A stretch of 64,000 nt of DNA from an archaeon. GTDB taxonomy: Archaea > Methanobacteriota_B > Thermococci > Methanofastidiosales > NM3. The notes under the pieces were generated by a model that was not told where the DNA came from, did not search any database, and saw only the letters and a list, made by a program, of their open reading frames with translations. The stretch lies in NCBI GenBank assembly GCA_004212155.1, contig RXIG01000019.1, positions 1 through 64,000 on the forward strand. The letters run 5' to 3'. Below, one piece after another: positions 57,783 through 64,000 of the stretch. Made by a program: the position numbers and the translations under genes. Every line of letters begins with the position of its first letter. Position 1 is the first letter of the stretch.

Positions 57783-59336
57783 TCATGTCTTTTTCCACCA
57801 TGTGTCTTGGATCGTGATGAGCGCCCATAAGCATACGAACGCATATGCCACGGCATACGGCACCGAGGGCGAAGGCACGCTGCGACTCGCAAACTCCTCA
57901 TCGTCTTCACGTACGACAAGCGATAGCGATTCGGTTGCCACGACTGTATGGGTCGGGTCCGTGCCTTCGATACGGAACCGAACAAGGTAGGCCCGGAGGG
58001 GCGGAAGCTTTCGGTACGAGGTCTCAAGCGGTGCGACCTCCTTGAACATACCGTTCGTGGTGGCCCTGCCCGTGAGGGATGTCACGACGCATGCAAGGGG
58101 CCCCGTGTCGACAAGGATGATGTCGTCGGGGGAGGTATGTTCCCGTATCGCCTCGACAATGGTGATGATGTCGTTGTTGGAGACATACGATTGGGCGGGG
58201 ATGTTACCTGTCGCAAGGCGCATGAGTGCACTTTCCTGGATGAACATGCGCCGATGCTCGATGATGTCGGTACCATCGTCGCTGTAGCCCTCCTCGTAGA
58301 CGACGGCCCCGCACAATGAGAATATCATCATCACAACGATGACACCCGTACTAAGCAGCGCCCCCCGTTCAGGCATCAGGCTGGTCAGCGATTCCAATGC
58401 CCGGTCGAGCCCAATGGCGGCCAGGATCGAAAGAGGTATGACCGCATGAAAGAAGAAACGGTGTGAATAATACGGCACGATGACCAGAAGGGAGCATACG
58501 AGGGCGGGGAAGAGGACGTATCTGCGTTGCCCCGCACGCACGAGATCGATCGATACCGCAAGTCCCAGGATCGCGAGCAGTGCAACGACGATGTTGAGTG
58601 TCCCATACCCGACGATCGAACGAGAATGAATGAAGCCCATGTTGGTGGCGAGATGAACGCCCCACGGTATGAAGAGAACGTATGCCAGCGCCAACGACCT
58701 CACGATCGATCGACGGGCGGTGCTGTCGATTGCCGCCCATGCAAGAAGCGGGACCACGCAGATGTGAGGGAGACTGAGATGCGTATAGAACGCTCCCGAT
58801 AGCAGCAATGCAGCGGCAATCCATCTTCCGCGATGGATGCAAAGGTATGACAGCAATATGAAGACGTAAGCGAGACTCGAAGGCATCAGGTAGGAAGATT
58901 TGTACATAAACATCCACAGCGAAGCGGTAAAAAGCGTTGCAAGGAATGCGCTGCGCGCCCCGTAGAACGAATATGTCACGTATGCCACCACGATGAGCGT
59001 GAGAGGATAGACGGATGCGCTAGAACCCTGTGCTATCGACAGTGGGGAAATGCCGATGGCAAACGGTATGGAAAGGAGCACGGGAAACAGGGGCGGATAG
59101 AGCAAAGGCCGCCCCCACGGTGCGAACTGTAACGAATCCCACGACGTGATCCCGCCAGCGGCATCAAAGAGTCGCATGATGGAGAGATGATAGTACGGGT
59201 CGATGAAGAGGGGATAATGGGATATCCGAACGAGGGTAAGGAGCATGATGGCCAATATGAGGACGATTGTGGCGGCAACATAGCTGTTGCCAGGTATTGC
59301 CATTGAAGGGAGCATCCCTCTCTCACGCGAACGCAT
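57783..59336 (-). CDS. Polytopic membrane protein, GT-C glycosyltransferase-like
   Basis: 'DPYYH' after the first TM, 'GRPLLYPPLF', about 12 TM helices, soluble C-terminal domain. Confidence 0.65.
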   Translation of the reverse strand: MRSRERGMLPSMAIPGNSYVAATIVLILAIMLLTLVRISHYPLFIDPYYHLSIMRLFDAAGGITSWDSLQFAPWGRPLLYPPLFPVLLSIPFAIGISPLSIAQGSSASVYPLTLIVVAYVTYSFYGARSAFLATLFTASLWMFMYKSSYLMPSSLAYVFILLSYLCIHRGRWIAAALLLSGAFYTHLSLPHICVVPLLAWAAIDSTARRSIVRSLALAYVLFIPWGVHLATNMGFIHSRSIVGYGTLNIVVALLAILGLAVSIDLVRAGQRRYVLFPALVCSLLVIVPYYSHRFFFHAVIPLSILAAIGLDRALESLTSLMPERGALLSTGVIVVMMIFSLCGAVVYEEGYSDDGTDIIEHRRMFIQESALMRLATGNIPAQSYVSNNDIITIVEAIREHTSPDDIILVDTGPLACVVTSLTGRATTNGMFKEVAPLETSYRKLPPLRAYLVRFRIEGTDPTHTVVATESLSLVVREDDEEFASRSVPSPSVPYAVAYAFVCLWALITIQDTWWKKT

Positions 59337-60171
59337 CGTATCCCTCGGACAAGCTCAGGTACGTGATGTCCTGTGAGGATAGATAGTGCAACAGATCGCG
59401 CAGATCGTTGTATGTCTCCTCGCCGCACAAGCGCGAATATGCGCCATAGCACGGGTCGAGGTCGAGGTCGACAAACTCCCAAGGATGCATGCCGATCACG
59501 ATCGCCTCGGGCGCCTGTTCGCATGAAAGAATTTGTTTTGCCACATCTGGCCACGATCGTCCCTCGAGGTCGTAGGGATACATCAAGACCGGGTCTCGTG
59601 TCACGGGGACGCGAAGGATGTCCATGTCCCCGGCCGACAACCAGTCCTCCTGTGACGGATGATAGGGCACCTCGATGCCCCTGGCGGCAGAGGACTCGAC
59701 GAGATATCCGAGCCCCTCCAGTATCGATACGACGTCCTCGTCACATTTGTGGTAAGGTGCGCGAAACGAAGTTACGTCCCGCCCCACGATCGATTCGAGC
59801 ATCGACGTCGCGACCCCTATCTCCTGCAGCTTGACCTCGTAGGAAAGCGACGTAAGGGGACGGTGGGAAAAGGCATGACTGCCGATCTCGTGATCCTCGG
59901 CCATCAAGCGGACCATATCGGGATAATGCTTCGCCACGGTACCGGTAACAAGGAACGTAGCCGTGACATCGTATGCCTCGAAGAGATCAAGGAGGACGGG
60001 TATGCCCTCCTCTATCCCCCGGTATGAATCCATGTACGGCGGAAAGTCTGGTTCGGTGTCGATAGTTATGAACACATAGGTAGGGGGTGCCGAAGGCCCG
60101 CTTGTTGCCCACAGCGCTGTACCACCCAGTATCACCGCCATGATGATTATGACCACTATGCGCTTGTTCAT
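59323..60171 (-). CDS. Membrane-anchored polysaccharide deacetylase (CE4)
   Basis: N-terminal TM; TIDTE, ATFLV, HEIGSHAFSH, SFRAPY, MHPWEF; start MNKRIV. Confidence 0.88.
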   Translation of the reverse strand: MNKRIVVIIIMAVILGGTALWATSGPSAPPTYVFITIDTEPDFPPYMDSYRGIEEGIPVLLDLFEAYDVTATFLVTGTVAKHYPDMVRLMAEDHEIGSHAFSHRPLTSLSYEVKLQEIGVATSMLESIVGRDVTSFRAPYHKCDEDVVSILEGLGYLVESSAARGIEVPYHPSQEDWLSAGDMDILRVPVTRDPVLMYPYDLEGRSWPDVAKQILSCEQAPEAIVIGMHPWEFVDLDLDPCYGAYSRLCGEETYNDLRDLLHYLSSQDITYLSLSEGYDAFA

Positions 60172-60235
60172 TGCCCTCAGGAGATGTCGTCGCAACGACA
60201 TAAGAGTGTTTTGCTTCGGACGCTCTTGTAAGGGA

Positions 60236-61021
60236 TCAGAATTCCTCGGTGATCCTGTAGGAATCGGTATTGTTGAAAAAGAGTATCTTTTTCCCAAAGA
60301 CGAATCCATGCTTTTTGAAAACAACCCGTAGATGCGAGATGTCAGAAAAGGTCCTCGAAAGATGGTATGGTATGATGACGGTGTCGGGCAAAAGCTCCTT
60401 TAGCGCCAGGAGGTCGTTGAGGTGGGTATGCATGCGCGAGGACGTCATGTCATAGGTATCAGGCTGTATGTAGCGGCATTCGGAGATGAGTATCGACGGC
60501 TCGCGCGAGACGATCGCCTCGCGATTCTCCTCGTCCGAACCCAGCCAGTCGCCTGTGACAAACACGGTGAAGTCTGCCTCGCTGTTCTTTAGGAATACCG
60601 CATTGTTCGGAACGGAATGCTTCAAAGGCACCGACTCGATGGTGGTTCCGTTTATACGCAGGTTCTCGTTGCCGTTGACGGGGACAAGCTGGCGCTTGCC
60701 CTTGGAATGCGTATTGTAGAGGTGCTGGTGGATGTCGAACACGTTGAGCCCCTCCTCCACGGGCGTCTTGTCGTCGGGGGCATAGATCGTGATCTTTTCG
60801 TCCTGCTTCAAAAGGAAATCGGCACCGCCCGCCACCGAGGAGCGGATATGGTCGAAGTGAAAATGAGTGATCCAGTGGACATACTTGTCAGAACGATTCG
60901 AGCATGCGCCGTCGATGCTATAGTACTTGTCGAGCACACGGACGAGGACGTTGGGGTGATATGGTGCGTGGAACTCCACGCGTGCAATACTACCGCCCGT
61001 GCTGTGTGTCATGGTGCTCAC
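60236..61021 (-). CDS. Metallo-beta-lactamase-fold hydrolase (RNase Z-like)
   Basis: THFHFDH, LKHSVP, TGD, ISEC, HT, YHLSR. Confidence 0.75.
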   Translation of the reverse strand: MSTMTHSTGGSIARVEFHAPYHPNVLVRVLDKYYSIDGACSNRSDKYVHWITHFHFDHIRSSVAGGADFLLKQDEKITIYAPDDKTPVEEGLNVFDIHQHLYNTHSKGKRQLVPVNGNENLRINGTTIESVPLKHSVPNNAVFLKNSEADFTVFVTGDWLGSDEENREAIVSREPSILISECRYIQPDTYDMTSSRMHTHLNDLLALKELLPDTVIIPYHLSRTFSDISHLRVVFKKHGFVFGKKILFFNNTDSYRITEEF

Positions 61022-61064
61022 TACGAATGAATGGTAATGTACCAGAAGGAAAAGAGGAAAGAGA

Positions 61065-61574
61065 TTATGCTAATTCCTCAATGACGACCCGCGTCTTCGT
61101 TGGAAGCTTGTAACCTGCCTTCTTCAGGCCCTGCTTCGCCTTGTTGATCTGTGTCTTGTTGACGTATGCGGACATGAGCTTCTGTCCGCGCTTACATCGT
61201 GCGGCAAGCCCCACGGTCTTTCCAAATGAAAGCCGCATTCCGTTTCCGTACCTGTCTGCCTTGTTGCCCGTTGCCATGGCGTTCATCCTGAGGATCTGGT
61301 GTGGAAACGTTCGTACCTTGAGGTAGTACATGTTCCTGCCCACGCGCTTCTCGAGGTGCCTGTTGATGACGATACGTGCCGCCTCAAGGCAGTTGTGGCG
61401 TAACTGTACGTCGTCGTCGACTAAGAGATGAACTGCGTATTTGAAGTCGTGATTCTTAAGTCCCATGTCAAAATGAACGATCTTGCACTGTGGGACGCTT
61501 CGCACATACTCCTTGCGCGTATATGCTGGTCCGCTTACTTTGCGGTCAATCTTCCCTGGTCTCAACGAAGCCAT
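61065..61574 (-). CDS. rpl10e: 50S ribosomal protein uL16 (L10e)
   Basis: AYTRKEY, QLRHNCLEAAR, FPHQILR, KADRYGNGMRLSFGK, YKLP. Confidence 0.95.
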   Translation of the reverse strand: MASLRPGKIDRKVSGPAYTRKEYVRSVPQCKIVHFDMGLKNHDFKYAVHLLVDDDVQLRHNCLEAARIVINRHLEKRVGRNMYYLKVRTFPHQILRMNAMATGNKADRYGNGMRLSFGKTVGLAARCKRGQKLMSAYVNKTQINKAKQGLKKAGYKLPTKTRVVIEELA

Positions 61575-61645
61575 ACGATATCACCATCTTTTTGTCTGAA
61601 CTAGTGTATACAGTATTTAAATGTTGTGGTTTGGAGATGTGCCGT

Positions 61646-62005
61646 TCACAAGGCTATGATCGTATACCCATCGGCCATGTAGCGCCCCATGCTGGGGTGG
61701 CCAGACATCTCGTCACAAAGCGGCAGCGATTGATTCTCTGCCTCCCCGATGGTGCCCATTTTCGTGGAACACGCCCTGCAGACGCAATCAATAAGCCCCT
61801 CATCGCGAGCACGTGTGTAGAGTGGCCCAAATGGCGCATCCTTTTGTGAGAGATCCCGTATGAGCTTCGTTGCGCTTCCCTCGATGATGAGCTTCACGTC
61901 GTGGCCCTTGTCCCTAAGGTCGAACGCGTTGAGCAGGGCGTGCACGAAGCACATGGGCTCCCCGTTGAACGCGAACAGTGCTACCTTCTCCTTATCAGTT
62001 CCCAT
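61646..62005 (-). CDS. DsrE-family protein
   Basis: FNGEPMCFVHALLNA, IIEG, CVCRACS, GHPSM, GYTII. Confidence 0.8.
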   Translation of the reverse strand: MGTDKEKVALFAFNGEPMCFVHALLNAFDLRDKGHDVKLIIEGSATKLIRDLSQKDAPFGPLYTRARDEGLIDCVCRACSTKMGTIGEAENQSLPLCDEMSGHPSMGRYMADGYTIIAL

Positions 62006-62027
62006 ATGACTACATCGTAGGAATGAT

Positions 62028-62738
62028 TCAAATATCTTGTGCAGAGCCCTTGAGGCGACGGGCCGTCTTGCGCAACACGCCCTTGAGGGTGTATGCCTCG
62101 CGAGAGGTGATAAACGAACGGGACACGACCCTGCGAAAGATGAGCGATGAGGTGCGGTGCCGATATGGCCGATGGTCGATCATGTGCACGATGTTGTCAA
62201 AATCCTCATACAACATCTCCCGCTCCTCTCGTGACGCTGCTTGTTCCCGTCGGGCATGCGGCCTGCCGCAAGCCTTGAACAGCTCGTAGAAGATGATCGT
62301 TGCCGCGTGGGCCACGTTGAGCGTAGGGTATGCGCCGCTTGCAGGGATGGTCACCAGCATGTCGGAGCGCTCGACCTCCTCATTCGTGAGGCCCGAATCC
62401 TCTCTGCCCAAAACGATGGCCACGGTGCCGTCGAGGTCGAGAGCACGAGAGAGGTCATCGGGATGAAGCGGTATCCTGCGCACGTTGTACGCATGGCCGG
62501 CCTCCCGGGACGTCGCTATGGCGTAGTCGACAAGCGAGAGCGCATCGTCGTATGTAGGGACGATGGTGGCATCGTCGAGAATGGCCGATGCGCCACATGC
62601 CAGCATGTAGGCCTCATCGTTGAGGTAAATCGGATTAACGAGTATGAGTGGCCCCGAGATATCAAAGTTTGCCATGCTGCGTGCAACGGCACCGATGTTT
62701 CCGGGCGTCTTGGGTTCCACCATGATGCATGCGAACAT
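62028..62738 (-). CDS. trmJ: SPOUT tRNA methyltransferase, TrmJ family
   Basis: VEPKTPGNIGAVARSMANF, GREDSGLTNEE, YPTLNVAHA; start MFACIM. Confidence 0.88.
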   Translation of the reverse strand: MFACIMVEPKTPGNIGAVARSMANFDISGPLILVNPIYLNDEAYMLACGASAILDDATIVPTYDDALSLVDYAIATSREAGHAYNVRRIPLHPDDLSRALDLDGTVAIVLGREDSGLTNEEVERSDMLVTIPASGAYPTLNVAHAATIIFYELFKACGRPHARREQAASREEREMLYEDFDNIVHMIDHRPYRHRTSSLIFRRVVSRSFITSREAYTLKGVLRKTARRLKGSAQDI

Positions 62739-62918
62739 GGTATTACATCGATGATTGACATATAAGTATTGCGAGCAAATGCCCCACGCACGAGCGCGTT
62801 CATGTATCATTGAATATTTGCTTTACTCTATGTGTGATGCTACCCCCCATCAGGAAAAATTATTAAGCGCCTGTTTCGAAAGGAACGCATACTTCTAACA
62901 GATCAGCATGTGAAAAGA

Positions 62919-64000
62919 ATGGGAAAACGGTTCACCATAGTGGGTGTCGACCCGGGTACGACAGTAGGTATAGCACAAATCGACCTTGATGGGCGATTGA
63001 TCGATCTCTTCTCCTCGAAGGAATTTTCCATAAACGACATTATCGAGAGGATACGTTCATACGGGTACCCGGTCATCATCGCGACCGATGTGACAAGCGT
63101 CCCGCAGACGGTGGAAAAGATCGCGGCATCGCTTGATGCCAAGCTCTACCTGCCCCGCGGCGTCATCACGTTGCGTGAGAAAAACGAGATCGCAAAGGAC
63201 TATCCTGTGCACAATGCACATGAGCGGGACTCGCTCTCGGCGGCCATCAAGGCGCATCAGCAATACCATGCGAAGTTCGAAAACATCGATGCGCGCCTCA
63301 GGGAGATGAACATGCAGCGTTACTCTGAAGAGGTCAAGTCGCTCGTGCTCAAGGATTATTCGGTAAGCAAGGCGATCGATGCGCTCTCAAAGGTCGATGA
63401 ACCGGCCCATATGGAGGTCAAGGAGCGACCCGCGAGCAGCTCTGCCCCCTCAGAACACGGCGCTGAGGTCGCCATCCTCAAGAATCGCCTGAAGAACCAG
63501 CGGTCATATATCAACGAACTCGAAAGTGCCCTCAAGCAGGCAAGAGAAGATACAGAACGCATCAACTTGAAGCTGAAGTCGGCGAGGGACAAGACGCTCG
63601 TTGATGCCAAGAGATCGGAGGTCATACGCCAGAAGACGTCGGTCATCCGCAAGCTGCAACAGGAGCTAGCGACGCTGAGGGGGGAGCTTGGCCGCATGGT
63701 ACGGGAGAATAAGGAGCTCAAGGACATGCGCTCGCTGCAGATGAGGGAGGAGATCATCGTAACAAAGGTGCTCGACCAGTTCTCGAAGAGCGAGATCGCC
63801 GCTCTCGACGAGCGATTCGGCATAAGAAAGGACGACATCATCTATGTGCGCGACAGCTCCGGTGGGGGCGCTTCGACGGCTCTTGCGCTCTGCGAACGGC
63901 GCATCAAGGCACTCATCACCGACACGGAGATGAGCCACACGTCCCAGGAGCAGCTCACCGCGTGTGGTATCGCCATCTTCTCCACGAACGAAGTGCCCGT
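62919..64000 (+). CDS. DUF460 domain protein (RNase H-like fold plus coiled coil), partial
   Basis: Manually read MGKRFTIVGVDPGTTVGIA..DLDG...IATDV...NAHERDSLSAA; runs off the window, so absent from the ORF track. Confidence 0.85.
   Translation, partial: MGKRFTIVGVDPGTTVGIAQIDLDGRLIDLFSSKEFSINDIIERIRSYGYPVIIATDVTSVPQTVEKIAASLDAKLYLPRGVITLREKNEIAKDYPVHNAHERDSLSAAIKAHQQYHAKFENIDARLREMNMQRYSEEVKSLVLKDYSVSKAIDALSKVDEPAHMEVKERPASSSAPSEHGAEVAILKNRLKNQRSYINELESALKQAREDTERINLKLKSARDKTLVDAKRSEVIRQKTSVIRKLQQELATLRGELGRMVRENKELKDMRSLQMREEIIVTKVLDQFSKSEIAALDERFGIRKDDIIYVRDSSGGGASTALALCERRIKALITDTEMSHTSQEQLTACGIAIFSTNEVP

Noticed and set aside
1-64000. CRISPR arrays, tRNA/rRNA genes, integrases, prophage or defence islands
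   Set aside because: No regularly spaced repeats, cloverleaf signatures or recombinase/nuclease genes were seen by eye; tRNAscan/Infernal were not run.

Overview
Gene-dense archaeal chromosomal window with many TATA-box promoters and an archaeal ribosomal/translation cluster. It most likely comes from a Thermococci-related euryarchaeon such as Methanofastidiosales. This is an inference from the Thermococcales-like uL16 motif 'ATGNKADRYGNGMR', a Thermococcus/Methanococcus-type S-layer protein and a Methanobacteria-type Ehb hydrogenase. Content, in order: a DUF2080 gene; an S-layer gene plus UDP-HexNAc dehydrogenase/2-epimerase and DUF368; RaSEA; FtsZ; gamma-carbonic anhydrase; Sir2; cysteine synthase; MATE; a bacterial-type uvrA-uvrC-uvrB operon; purA; the conserved rps19e-PDCD5-rpl39e-rpl31e-eif6-rpl18a-pfdA-ftsY cluster; ADP-forming acyl-CoA synthetase alpha; PAN; ArcS; a contiguous ehbA-P operon (ehbH and ehbI fused); Alba; a NusA-like gene; AspRS; a coiled-coil plus bactofilin-like pair; argF; DNA ligase; an LRV-repeat protein; a GT-C-like/deacetylase pair; uL16; TrmJ; and a partial DUF460 gene. 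I saw no rRNA, tRNA, CRISPR array or intact transposase. The most promising uncharacterised signals are a putative membrane-targeted coiled-coil/bactofilin cytoskeletal module, a recurrent near-palindromic upstream motif (TTTCATGTGAAAA), an S-layer glycan/DUF368 module, a fasciclin-DUF1508 fusion opposite uvrA, and a PopZ-like orphan beside DNA ligase. All family calls are by eye from motifs; no searches were run.
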